Position numbers and translations under genes: made by a program. The notes below the pieces were generated by a model, which worked only from the letters and a program-made list of their open reading frames with translations, did not search any database and was not told the DNA's origin. Below, one piece after another: positions 38,819 to 53,458 of a stretch of 64,000 nt of DNA. Origin of the DNA: the human T2T-CHM13v2.0 reference genome, Homo sapiens; assembly GCF_009914755.1 (NCBI RefSeq), contig NC_060925.1. One strand, given 5' to 3'. How positions within the stretch are numbered: the stretch's first letter is position 1; the number at the start of each line of letters is the position of its first letter.

Positions 38819-41800
38819 CTAGGCAGAGAAAGACAGGGAGAGAGGGACACAGTGAGTGGGAACTGCCTGCAGAGGGGTGTGGGGAGAGGGCAGTCCCTGG
38901 GGTATAGCAAGGGACAGGGCACCCAGAGCCAACACTCACTGCATCCCTGCTGCATGCAAGGTACCAGGATACCTCATCTAATTCCCACAACCACCAGCAG
39001 GATCGATAATAAAATCCTCCATTCTCAGATGGGGATGCTAGGTCTCCGGTGGTTAAATGACTGTTACATGAACACTGGATACCTCCTATGTACAAACACT
39101 GTTCTAGGTGCAGGAAACACTGGTAAACAAGAGAAACTCCGAGTCTCTTGGAACGTACAGTGTATTATCCTCACGTTAACCACATGGTGCTCATGAGGCA
39201 AGGTGTGAGAACACCAGCTGGGGCAGGTGGCTGCTCAGCTGCACTGCTGCCCACAGGCTGGAGGGAGCGGTGCTGACATGTGAATGTCAAGGAGTACGTG
39301 CTCACTAAACAGCATCTGGTACAGTTAACACAAAAGCTCAGTCTACATTGTCTCCCAAATTGTGTTACACCATAGAAACACAGTGTGCAATTATACCTCG
39401 CTATCGCCTGATTCTTCCACAGCCTGCCTCATGCCCTGCCTCGCCCTGCTAGTGGGTTTCTAGGAAGATTAGCTGAAGCAGTTGATGTGAAAGTGCTGAA
39501 AAACCACATAAAGTGTAACAAGAGTCAGGTGTGCTTGTTCTAAGCTCCTTCCCTTCTCTGGGCCTCAGTTTTCTCATCTACGGATGAGGGATATACACCT
39601 CCAACTCCATTTTCTTACGCTTTCTGTCCTGTCACTCACAGAGCAAAGCTAGGGAGGAAAGGACATGAATTTTGGGGGCTGACAGACCTCGATGTGAGCC
39701 CCTACTCTGCCCCAAACCAATTCCATAACTCAGACAAATCCCTGCGCAGGCCAGACCCTGTTTCCCCTGTGTAAGGGGATCTCACCCGTTCCCCAGTGAT
39801 GCTGTGAGCCTCTGAGAGCAGGGGCACAAAGTCTCTAGCACGGTGCTGAAACCTAGTGGATGCACCAAGAAGGAAAATTGTTCTTATTGTTAAACAGCAC
39901 TTCAACAATTACAAAGTGCCTTGCAGATACAATAAAACATGATTGATAGGCCCAAGTATGGCCAACCTTGAGAAAGATAAACCATTAAGACGTGAAAAAA
40001 ACCTGGTCCTGGAACATGACTGACTCCTTACCATGAGGAAAAGGACATCAGCAAGCGCAGCATCTGCCGAGCAGCCTGTGCAGGACCAGGGCTGGGGACA
40101 CACACCACTGTCGCACTTGAGCATCCCCACTGCTGTCCAAGGGAGGCCTGAGTCTCACTATCCTCATTTTACAGAGGACAAAACAGAGGCGTGGGGAGGT
40201 TCAATTACTCACCCAAGAACACACAGCTAGGAAGCCTCTGAGTTGGATTTCTGGATCAGATCTGTCAGACCCAAACCCCACGTCTTAATCGCTATGTAAT
40301 AAGAAGCCTTTTAGAGAGTCCACCCCCGAGGATCCCTGTCCCTCAACCCTAATTCTAGCCCACCCTCAAGGCAGTTCCTTTGGCACACAATTATCCCCAT
40401 GCTGAGGCCGGGCACTCAGTGCTAACTAGCCATGTGCCATAGCTCTGGACAGGCACCAGGCATTTGCTTGCCGAGCACGTTCCAGTCTGTGGATGAGCAT
40501 GCAATGCTCACAAGGTCCCAGGGCAGGTGAGGTGCTCATATGGGAGCCTCCACGTTCCCAGCCACATGCGAGCCCGTGGAGAGGACTCGGCAAACATCTG
40601 CTCCCACGCTACCTTCCCAGCCCCAGCCCCAGTCCTGGCCCGTCCTGCTGCGAGCAACGCTTGTTCCCACTGGCCCTGGCTGCTGCCTGGCCAGCCCCTC
40701 GCAAGCTTATGTTTTAATAACTGGGTTGTTTTTTAATTAAAATGAAATCCCTGGTAACAAATGTGAATGGCCCGAGTTAATGAGAGCAGGCTGCCGCTCA
40801 TTTAACTCCGTCTCTGCTTGGCCGTCTTTGCCTTTTCCAAATCGTTTCTGCATGCAATTTTATTGTCCCATTGAGGCAAACTCTGGGACTGGGCCTCAGA
40901 AAACTGTGGATAATTTTATGACCATTAATAGCATTTGGAGCAGAGAGAGCTTAATCATCACACGGAGCAGTTTCACCAGGGTCTTTCTCCCAGGGTCTCT
41001 AACGGGGGTGCCGTTCAGAGCTTCCTTCCAGGACTCACCAGGCCCCTCTGGGGCCTTGGGTTACTCCTCCCCTCCTGCACTTAGGAGGCTGTGTGCAGTG
41101 AAGGAAGGCAGGCCCTAGAAAGGGTGGACAGCCAGCACCTACCAAGCCCTCACTCATCAAGACCTTCAAGGGTCCATCCCTGTGGGGCAGGGGCAGGACA
41201 GCCATTTTCCAGATGAGAAAGTCAAGGTTTGGAGAGAGATTCTGTGCCTTTGAGCAGGCTTGGGGGTCTGTAAGAAGCAGGGCCACAGTTCAAACCTAGA
41301 TCTCCCAGACTTCAAAGCCCACATCCTGCTGCCTCTTGGCCAACTGCTGAATAACCAGAGACCCCTAAATAAGTGTCCCCACCTTTGACTCCAATGAGGG
41401 TCATGTTGGAGAGCCTCTGGGAAAGTAAAAAGTAAAACCATCATAATGATGTCTAAGCTTTAATCTTTGCAATAATTCTGCCAGGAGGGTAAGCCCGCTC
41501 CATCGACAGATGAGGATACAAAGGCTCAGAATGGTCAAAGCAGTTTGCCAAGGTCACACAGGGAAGAAGGGACTGAGTGGAGATCAAACCCATCACTTCT
41601 ACAGGAAGAAATAGTCTTTACCCAACAAACTATTGAGGCCTGTTAGCTTCTTCTCCTCTGGATACAGTAAAAGGTTTTCCTGCAGTAAATAAACAAACCA
41701 GCTTTGGGAGGGAGGGAAGGGGGAAGGCGCCACTCAAGTCATAGTATGGTGCCACTTAGTGCTCTAGGCTCATTCAAGCCCTTGTCTGCTGGGACCCTCA

Positions 41801-43334
41801 CAGCGCTCTGGGTGGAAACATCAACCTCCCAACTTTGCAGAGGGACACTGAGCACCAGGGCCAGCAAGTGGTCACCCAAGGTCATACAGTAATTGCTGGC
41901 ATAGTCGTGGCCCAAAGTTGGTCTTTCAAAGCCTAGACTCTGCCCCGGGATACCTGCTGTCTCAGAGACTGGAAGTTAAACCCAACACTGCAAACACGTG
42001 TCCCAGAAATGCTGCTGTCACTGGAAAGATGCGGGGACTCTCATCGCTACCCATCACGGTCCCATGTCTGCCAGGAAAGATGTAGGCACTGCCTCCTGTC
42101 TGTTGTCTTGCCTCCCTGTCCCCAGTGACTTCACAAGACCCAGATGGAGGAGGTCCACTCCTGTTCACTCTCCATCTCCAGAGAGCATGGATGGATGGAT
42201 CCTTCCCTGGAAAAGCCGGGGGAGCAGGGGTGCCCTAGAAAGAGGTTGGCACCCGCAACCATGTCTCACTCTGTGCCACAGGGGGCCAAGAGCCAACCTT
42301 GGGCCTGGCTTTCCCCATGCAAATGAAGCTCCTTTGGAGACTTACAGGGTGATGGAGTCCTGTGTTTACTTTTACAAGTTAGTGAGAAATCCTAGAATGT
42401 CAGAGTTGGGACTGGCTGACCATCTATTTCATTAATAGATAAGAAGCTAAGGCTCAGAGAAGGAAAGGGCCTGCCCCAGCCACACAGCAAATCCATAGCA
42501 GGGCCTGGATTGGCACTTTTTAAGCTAGGTAAGAATTTCGTTTGGTTTTCTCATCAAGCCTCAATGTTCTTATCTGTAAAATGGTGCTAAAACCTAACCC
42601 ACAACGTTGAGGTGACAAATGAGAATATGAACACAATGCATTTGGCATGAGGCCTAGCTCACAGTTAGTGCTTAAAAAGTAATGTGATGATAATTATTTC
42701 TTTTATTTCTCCTTGAGCCTGGGGCAGGGAGATGGGGACCTGTAAGGGAAACATGTTGTCCCCAGAAAGGGCAGGTCTGGATGACTCTAAGGCCAGACTC
42801 AGAAGGACAAACCCCCAAGACTTGGGGTTCAGTACATGCAGGATGGCGCAGCCTAAACGAGGTCACAGCCAACAAATCTGAAGCAAACAGCTCTAGTTAC
42901 ACACCAGAGAGCTTTGCAAATTACCATAATGACTTGGCTATAAAGTGGCACCACATATAAGGTGACTCCCCACAAGAATTTTAATTTATGCTGAACCCTG
43001 CCAAGTCTGCGTGAGAGTGGGCAATGATGCATTCAGCATCTAAGACCCAGAGGCTGCCTCCTTGCAGTCCCAGAAGCATCCAGCAGCTGGGTCCAGGCAG
43101 GCCTACATCATGACCGCCTTCTTGTTTTAACCACAAGCAGACTTTATTGTCTATCAGGCACTGGGCTGGTGATAGGGCACTGCACTTTACAGTTTACAAA
43201 ACATTTTTGCATCCATCACCTGTGAGCTTCATTACAACCCTCAGGAGTTGACTGGGCAGGCTCAGAGAGGGCAGGTGATTTGCCCAAGCTCACACAGCAA
43301 GTATAAGGCTTAGACTTGCCTGACTCAGCCATCT

Positions 43335-43570
43335 AGTCAGCAAGCTTTTTCTGTAAAGGGCAAAAAAGTAAATGATTTAGGCTTTGTGGGTATATAGTCC
43401 CTGCCACAACTACTCAACTCTGCCCTTGTACCATTAAAAAATATATATATATGTGTGTGTGTATATATATATATACACACACACAAATGAGTGGGACTGT
43501 GTTCCAATAAAACTTTATTTAGAAAAACAGATTGCTGGCTCCTAGGCTGTTAATCTGCCAACCCCTGATC
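43335..43570. mobile_element. MER58A hAT-Charlie DNA transposon with internal TA/TG/CA microsatellite
   Basis: tttttctgtaaagggc...caactactcaactctgcc...gttccaataaaactttattt...tgccaacccctg. Confidence 0.85.
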
Positions 43571-44464
43571 TCATGCAGCAGTGAGAGAGACAGGATTCAA
43601 CATCTGAAATGAGCATACTTTTTCCTGCATCTGTAAAATGGGGAGGATTTTACAGGGTGGAGCTGAGGGTGCGAAATCACTGTCAAATACTGAACGCAGG
43701 CCTGGCTCCTGGTGGGCATTCAATGAATGGAAGTGCCTTCAGCCTGGCTCTGGGGCCACTACAACCTAGACTCCCCTGTCCACCTGGTGTGACCTCACAC
43801 ATCCATGATGCTTCGCTGCTCTGAGGCACACATCCTCGGCATCCCATCAGGGTGGCCTGACCCTTCCAAACCCCTCTGGGCCCTCAGAGCCCAGCAGAAG
43901 CACACCTCCTCCTGGAATGGTGCTTGGTCTCCTGCCTTCCCTCCTGGCTTCCTCCACTGCCTGAGCTCCCCGGCCTCGGCAGTCCCTGCGAATAGCTGCC
44001 ACTTAGGTGCGCCTTCTGCACATCCAGCACGTGCCAAATCCTTCCCATGGTTTTTCTCTAAATCTTCACAACATCACTATAGTACTCTCTACTGCCACAC
44101 AGATGCTTTCGGTGCAATGAAAGTCCTACCTCCCCTACGAGCCTGAGAAATCCTTCAGGACAAGGATCTTGGAGCCCCAGAGCTGCTGAATGTCAATGTG
44201 GCCCTCAGCATGATTTTGTCCAACTTGCTTCACATATTGAAGGGAAAACAGGGGCCCGGATTGAAGAAGGGACTTGTCCTAGTCACACAGTGAGTGCGTT
44301 CTCTAGACACCTGGGCCCCCCAGGCATGTGCCCTCTCATTCCCTCATTCCCAGCACAGTCAGGCCCACAGCAAGTGCTTAGAAATGCTGGGAGGGTAGGT
44401 GGCTGGGAGGCCTGTCTCAAGTTTACTTTTGTGCCTACTATATGCCAGACGCTGTGACTTAGGG

Positions 44465-44690
44465 GAGTGGAACAAGCTTTGTCACACACACACCTAGGTT
44501 GAAGTCCTGCTCCACCATTAACTTTCTAGCTATTTGACCCTAGACAGTCACCTCACCCTTCTGAGCCTCAGTTTCTTCATCTATAAAATGGGGATAAGAA
44601 TCCCAGCTCCAGGGGATGGCTGGCTCTTAGGATTAAGTGAGGTAATGTACATGGAGTCTCTGGCATGGTGCCTGGCACAGGCAGCACTTT
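44465..44690 (+). mobile_element. MIR
   Basis: ctgagcctcagtttcttcatctataaaatggggataag...ggattaagtgaggtaatgtacat...tgcctggcaca. Confidence 0.8.
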
Positions 44691-45179
44691 GATAAAGGCC
44701 CCTCTGCTGCTGTCTGGACAGGCAGAGAGACATGGTCAACAGCCCCTGGGGTAGACCTATTTTCCTGGGCAGTGGGCATCAGCCGCCATGGAAGAGCAGC
44801 CCTAGGCCAACGGAGTCATGCCAGCAGCCCTTCCCCAGGAGGCTGAGCATGGGCGTGGCAGCCCCCTCTCTGAGCCTAGCTTTGCCCTCTGTGCCCCAGG
44901 AGTGCTCTGCTGGGCTTCCCACAGGTCAGGCCCTGGCAGGAGGGGCACCCCAGGAATCACAGGCAGGAGACATAGTGCTTCCCACTTCCTAGGTCCAGGG
45001 CGGGTGAGCAGCTCACCGCAGGACACACAGCAGAGACAGAGCCCGAGCAGCGTTCATCTCCTAACCCTTTCTGCTCTCTGGGCTGCCTCATCACTCCCTC
45101 TTTTCCCTCCTCACAAAATCCAGAAGCCCAGAGACCAGCAGGGAGATGGGCTTCTGAAAGAGGAGCAGCAGGAAGGTGG

Positions 45180-45560
45180 ACAGCCCGGTGGACCGGGTTA
45201 GCTGAGACCTGCTGCTTGCCTGGAGCCGCCTTGGGGCATTCATGGCCATCAGAGGGGCCGTAACCTCAGCAGGGGCCTCCAGAACAGCAGGCCTGACGCT
45301 CGCGGCCTCACACCGGGCTTCTGCCGCCCACCACCTCTTATCCCAGACTGCAAGAATCCCATAAATTCCCCCTTTAAAGCTAAGCTAGACTTACGGGGAC
45401 TCGGGCCAGTGAAACCTGAGCAGGCTCACCTCAGGACGGCGCCGCGGAGACACCCGAGCCAGCCCATAGCTCCAGCCCGGTCCAGGGCCAGAGTGAGCAG
45501 CCCAGGGCGGGTCACACATGTGGGGGCAGGTGTATGGTGTGTGTAAATAAACACAGCCAG
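45180..45560 (-). promoter_or_regulatory. CpG-rich non-repeat segment: candidate alternative promoter and first exon of GLIS1
   Basis: About 18 CpGs in about 340 bp, GC box gggcggg, forkhead-type gtaaataaaca, and minus-strand donors GAG|gtgagc (45430/45429) and CCC|gtaagt (45395/45394). Confidence 0.45.
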
Positions 45561-45781
45561 GGGCCAGCTTTTCCCTCAGACTCTCTTACTGCTAGCAAAT
45601 TCACACATATTTATTGTAGAAAAAATCAGAAGGTGTACCTAGGCAAGAATTAGAAAATGGATATCACCTATAAGGCTAGCAGCCAGAAAGCACCATCACA
45701 GACATGAGGACATAAACCTCTGCAGTATTTTCTATGCATCTATATACATTTTTTGACAAAAAGCAGGGAAATACATGTATT

Positions 45782-45951
45782 TTCTTTTCTTTCTTTTTCT
45801 TTTAGAGACAGGGTCTCACTCTGTTGCCTAGGCCAGGGTACACTGGCGTGATCATAGTTCACTGCCGTCTTGACCTCCTGGCCTCATGGGATCCTCCACC
45901 TCAGCCTCCTGAGTAGCCAGGACAACAGGTGCTTGCCATCACACCCGGCTC
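45782..45951 (-). mobile_element. Alu single-arm fragment (AluJ/FRAM-like)
   Basis: tagagacagggtctcactctgttgcc...cacacccggct. Confidence 0.85.
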
Positions 45952-46235
45952 ATACTTTCTGATACTCTGCTTTTTTCATTTAGTAACATACCATGATACC
46001 AAAGTTGATGGAGTGCCCATTATGTGCCAGGTACAGTGCTAGGCTCTTTCCGTGCCAGTATTGCTAAACCCATTTCCAGATGAAGAGTAAGGGACTTGCC
46101 CAAGGTCATGCAGCTGTGAAATGGGACAGTCAGGATGCAAGGCCAGCTCTATTAGACTTGGAAGGCACTGCTGACCCAGACACTGCTCCACATCATTAAG
46201 CGATTTAGGGCAGCTGCAGCTGATGGCTTCCCCAG

Positions 46236-46950
<715 letters not shown>

Positions 46951-47024
46951 CCTAGGATTCACGCCCTCCTTTTCCCTCCCTAGTAGGATCCCATATTTCC
47001 TATATCTAGCTATGGAGCTTGAGA

Positions 47025-47255
47025 GAGAGTATAGCATCACAGATAAGAGTATAGATTTTGGAGCCAGAAGACTAGGTTTGAATCTTGATTTTGCCACTTA
47101 CTAACTGTGTGACCTTGTCTAAGCCAAGTGACTTAGCTTCTTTGTGCCACAGTTTATGAAGTTAAAATGGGTTAATGTACCATATATTAAGTACCTAGAA
47201 CAGAATCTGGCATACAGCAGGCACTACATAACTGTTTGCTATGATTGTTGTTCTT
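47025..47255 (+). mobile_element. MIR
   Basis: ttttggagccagaagactaggtttgaatc...ctgtgtgacctt...ctggcatacagcaggcact. Confidence 0.72.
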
Positions 47256-47746
47256 ATTAATCCCACCCCAGGGTGGGCTGTGGAAGGCCTGAACCAATCA
47301 GCATGTTCCCATCTCTCCAGATATAGTGCCACAGTGAATGGCTCAGAGAGAGACATGTAAGGCAAGCTGGCTTAATTAGACAGATTCCTGGCAGTTCTGT
47401 TTGATGACTCTGCCCCCCTGCATGTGAATGAGGATGCATGCAGCCCTGGGGGCTAGTAGAAGCCATCCTGTTCCCCTAAGAAAAGTCAACTGGAGGACAA
47501 GGTCAATAAAATGAGACCTCTCAGCTAGAAGAACAGCAGAGAAACTAAGTCACAGCACTGGTGGCACCAAGAACCTCCAGTGAACAGTAAAGCTCTTATA
47601 GTGTTTCAAGCCTGTCACAGATGGGATTTTTATTACTTAAACCAAAGGCATCCTTATTAATATTCTTCTACAAAATAATTTTTATCCACTTGACAATCTT
47701 TGTTTTTAATTTGAATATTTAGTCCATTTATACCATTTACATTTAA

Positions 47747-48089
<343 letters not shown>

Positions 48090-48230
48090 TAAATCCTTTT
48101 TTATTTGAACCTATTCTAGGTTTTCTCTCCTTTCTTACCTTCTTTCAAATTAATCAAGCATTTTTTATTATTCCATTTTATTAGCTTGTTAGATATGCTT
48201 TCTTCTATTGCAGTCTAATATAGATCAGTA

Positions 48231-48580
48231 CAGTCATGCATCAACAACAGGGATACATTCTGAGAAATGCATTATTAGATGATTTCATTGCTGTGTGAAC
48301 ATCATAGAATGTACTTACACAAACCTAGGTGGTATAGGCTACCATCTATGTGGCATACATGATCACACCTAGGCTATCTGGTATAGCCTATTGCTCCTGT
48401 GCTACAAACATGTACAGCATGGTATTGTACTGAATACTGTAGGTGACTGTAACACAATGATTAGCATTTGTGTATCTCTAAACAGAAAAAGTACAGTAAA
48501 AATACAGTATCATCATCTTATAGAACCACCATTGTATATGTAGTCTGTCATTGATTGAAACATTGTGCAGTGCATAAATG
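48231..48580. mobile_element. Tigger3a (MER7A) TcMar DNA transposon
   Basis: TA|cagtcatgca...tgcataaatg|TA, imperfect terminal inverted repeats with TA target; internal ctatctggtatagcctattgctcc...tacagcatg. Confidence 0.85.
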
Positions 48581-49613
48581 TACTTTTACTACTTTCTACA
48601 CAAGGCAAGAACCTCAGGACTCTAATTCCATTCATGTGCCTACACACACACATTCTTTGGGTTACTGTTTTTGTATATTTCAATTCTACATATATTTTTA
48701 AATCGTTACCAGATAGTATTGTTTTGTGTAGTCAATATAGTGTTTATTTATATATTTCTCAAAACCAGTGCCATAGTAATAGTTAATATTTAAAAAAATA
48801 CTTTCCCTTCATCCTGTTTCCATATGAGGTCTTTTTCCTTTTGCATTAAAAATTTTTAAAAATTGTAAGCCTACTGGCAAGGAATTATCTCAACTTTTTC
48901 TGGGACCCAAACATTTGTTTGAAAATGTTATTATTTCATTACTTCTGAAGAATATTTCTGCTGGGTATAGAATTCTAGGTTGGCAGTTATCTTCTTTCCA
49001 TATATTATGGATTTATGCCACTGTGTTAAGAATTTCATAATTTCTATTGGAAAGTCATCTCTAAGTCTTTTGAAGTTATTGCATCTTCCCCCTCAACCCT
49101 GACTACTTTTAAGATTTTCTCTCCGTGTTTTGTTTTCAGCAGTTTGACATAACTATGGTGTGCCTAGGTGTGCTTCTCTTTGTATTTATTCTGCTTGAGG
49201 TTCATAGGAATTCTTAAATATGTGTCACAACGTCTTCTGTCAGTTTTGGAAAACTACTGGCTATTACCACTTCAAACTTTACTTTGCTCGTCGTCTTTCC
49301 CCTGTCTTTCTGGGGCAACAATGTATGTTAGGTCCTTTCACCATGTCCTATATATCTCTTATGCTATTTTTGAATTTTCCATCCTTTTTTAACTTTCATG
49401 CATCAGCCTGGATTTTGTCTACTGGCCTATTTTCCAGTTCACTGATCCTCTCTTTAACTGCATCTTTTAAATCTAGCTTTTGCATTCTTAAATTCTGTTA
49501 CTATATTTTTTCATTTAAAATTTTTCATTTTATTAATTTTTATGGTTTTCAGATCTCTATTAAATTCTCTATTTATCAATTTTCTTGAACATATTAATGT
49601 TATGAACAGTTAT

Positions 49614-49971
<358 letters not shown>

Positions 49972-50303
49972 TTATTGTGTTTTTCTCCCTCTTGGTCCTG
50001 TCTCCTGGTATCTCTGGTAATTTTTGACAGAATGCTCAATATTGTGTATGAAATTTGGACAGATGATATCTTCCTCCAGAGAAAATTTTATTTTGCTTCT
50101 TAAAGGCAGGTAAAAGAGGAAAATATCATCTTAATTCAGTCTGGGATTTGGCTGTTTTAAAGCTGGGCTTCACTCTTTGTACAAGTTGCTCTGTTTCTGG
50201 CTCATCCATTCTTCTAGATGCTGCCTGTCAGGGTCCTCAACTGAAAGTTTGGGATACCAAGCTTCTTCTTTGCTGACCCTGAACTTCACATTTGTCTTCC
50301 TAG

Positions 50304-50652
<349 letters not shown>

Positions 50653-50770
50653 CACTTCTCAACTTCATAACTGCCACATCTGTTGGTTTCTTTACCCCTT
50701 AGCCTGTGCCATGCATAAATCAGCAAATATCTTGAAGGAAAAGCAATGCTGAATGTTAGGCTTACTTTTT

Positions 50771-51060
50771 GTTTTTTTTAGATGGAGTCTCGCTCTGTCA
50801 CCCAAACTGGAGTGCAGTGGCGCGATCTCGGCTCACAGCAAGCTCCGCCTCCCGGGTTCACACCATCCTCCTGCCTCAGCCTCCTAAGTAGCTGGGACTA
50901 CAGGTGCCCGCCACCACATCCAGCTAATTTTTTTGTATTTTTAGTAGAGACGGGGTTTCACTGTGTTAGCCAGAATAGTCTCAATCTCCTGACCTCGTGA
51001 TCCACCCACCTCGGCCTCCCAAAGTGCTGGGACTACAGGTGTGAGCCACCACGCCTGGCC
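50771..51060 (-). mobile_element. AluY with perfect 17-bp TSD
   Basis: tgttaggcttacttttt on both sides; Y diagnostics in both arms. Confidence 0.93.
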
Positions 51061-51177
51061 TGTTAGGCTTACTTTTTGGCACTTCCCCATCTCCCTGGGA
51101 TCTTGACCCCTCATGATCTGCCTGTCTCAGTAGCCCTTAACTCCAATTTTTGTCTCCACAGCACAGTAAGGCTATAG

Positions 51178-51684
<507 letters not shown>

Positions 51685-52591
51685 TAGTCCGATACAAGCT
51701 AATTTGCTATAGCAGATGCAAAAATCCCCTTTTAACAAATAATTTTAATGACTCTATAGATTCCATTCTGTGGTTGTACATATTTAATTTTTCCTCATGG
51801 TTGGAATTAAAATTATTTGGAGAAGTGAAAAACTCAAAACGACCATTTAATGAATGTCTTTATAGACCTATCTTCATGTCCATCCATATTTATAGCCTTA
51901 GGATAAATTCCTAGATGTGGGACTGCAGAGTCAAAGAATATGCAAAATTTTAAGCATTTATAACAGAAAAGAATAGGAGATAGCCTATATATCCAATAAT
52001 AGAAGAATGAGTAAGTAAATTATTGTGAAGTTATTCAGCAGAAATTTTATGTAGCTATTGAATATGATACAGTGAAACCCTACCATAATGCAATAAGTGT
52101 GACCCAAAAGCTTCAATAAATTAAACATGCAGAGCTGTGTTATTATGTAATTTAAAAATGATATTTTTGGTGGTTTTTTTTTTCAGTTAATGTGTGGGAA
52201 AAAATGTTTACATTGATTAAATATGTAAGAAACAGCCCACTTATTACAAAGTCCACACCACACAAGGAACTGAGAAAGTCTCAAATGATTTATGAGGCAG
52301 TCACTTCCTAAACCCATCCATTCCCCCACAGCTCCACAGAAAAGATGAATTCTCACTGCCCCATTTGTAAAGAGGCTGGACAGAGGACAGCAACAACTAC
52401 CAATGGCCAACCATGTTTTATATGAATTTGCCTCATCACAAGTCATGGGTTTCTCTAGATTTACTCAAGTTTTCAGTCACAAAGGAAAATATTTATAAGA
52501 ATTAATTATAAGCGCAGGATTCAAAATTCCATTTACTAAAAATGACCTGAAGAGTAAAAAGAATGGCAAATCAATACATCAAATGTTAACA

Positions 52592-53170
52592 ATTCATTCA
52601 TTTAACACATGGATATTGAATGCCTACTATATGCCAGGACCAGGCACCAAAAATGCGGTGTTCCAGTGATGAATGAGAAAGGAAAGTCTCTACTCTTATG
52701 CGGTTTACATTCCAATAACAGGACAGTTTCAAAAGTACACAAATAAATATATACTATAATATCAGGAACTGATTAATGTTATAAATTAAAATGAAAACAA
52801 GAAGTTAGAAAATAAAGAGAGACAGGACAGTCAGAGAAGGTGTCTCCAAGGGGGTGACATTTGAACAGAGGCCTGAGGGGAGGGAGGGCATGCCAGGAAG
52901 GGGAAGCAGCAGGGTACAAAGGACCCGAGGCTGGAGTGCGTTCCAGGGCGGGAACACAGGCCAGGTGTGGCTGGAGCCTAGCAAGCAAGGTGACGGAGGC
53001 AGGCAGTGAGGCCACAGAGCAGGGTCTGGGGGCTGCGGTGAGGATGCTGGGTGTTATTCCAGTGTGGCAGGAAGCCACTGGAAAGCAGGGCACAACCAGA
53101 CTCGACAGGTGGGAAACGCTCTCTGAGTTTTGTGTTGAAAAAGACTTTAGAAAGAAAAGCGTAGATGCAG
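52592..53170 (-). mobile_element. L2 LINE 3' fragment
   Basis: attcattcatttaacac...gaatgcctactatatgccagg...gtcagagaagg...gtgacatttgaacagaggcctga. Confidence 0.8.
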
Positions 53171-53304
53171 GGAGGTGGTGGCTTTGGGATTAGGGGTGTT
53201 AAAAGCTCTATATTCCTTTTTTGGATTAAGGGGACTGTTCTGTTTCCTCATTGGAGTGGTGGCAATGTGACTCTATGCATTTGTCAGATCTCACAGAATT
53301 GTTC

Positions 53305-53458
53305 TCTCACACGCACACACACGCACACACATGCACACACATACTCTTTCACACACATGCACACACACGGACTCTCACCCTCTCACACACTCATACACAC
53401 TCTCTTATACTCACATATTCGTGCACACACTCACACACACTCTCACACACATATGCAT
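53305..53458. repeat. (CA)/(CT)-rich degenerate microsatellite within an L1M 3' UTR fragment (~53225-53500)
   Basis: Runs of cacaca/ctca interrupting ctatgcatttgtcaga...tttactgtacataaa. Confidence 0.8.

Noticed and set aside
38819-39095. N-terminal part of ORF 38637-39095
   Set aside because: Lies upstream of a clear polypyrimidine tract and AG, and overlaps MIR-like sequence; intronic.
45395-45429. Second donor (CCC|gtaagt) as an in-frame link to the 178-bp exon
   Set aside because: The phase would fit, but the frame from ATG 45467 hits TGA (AGG TGA) before this donor.
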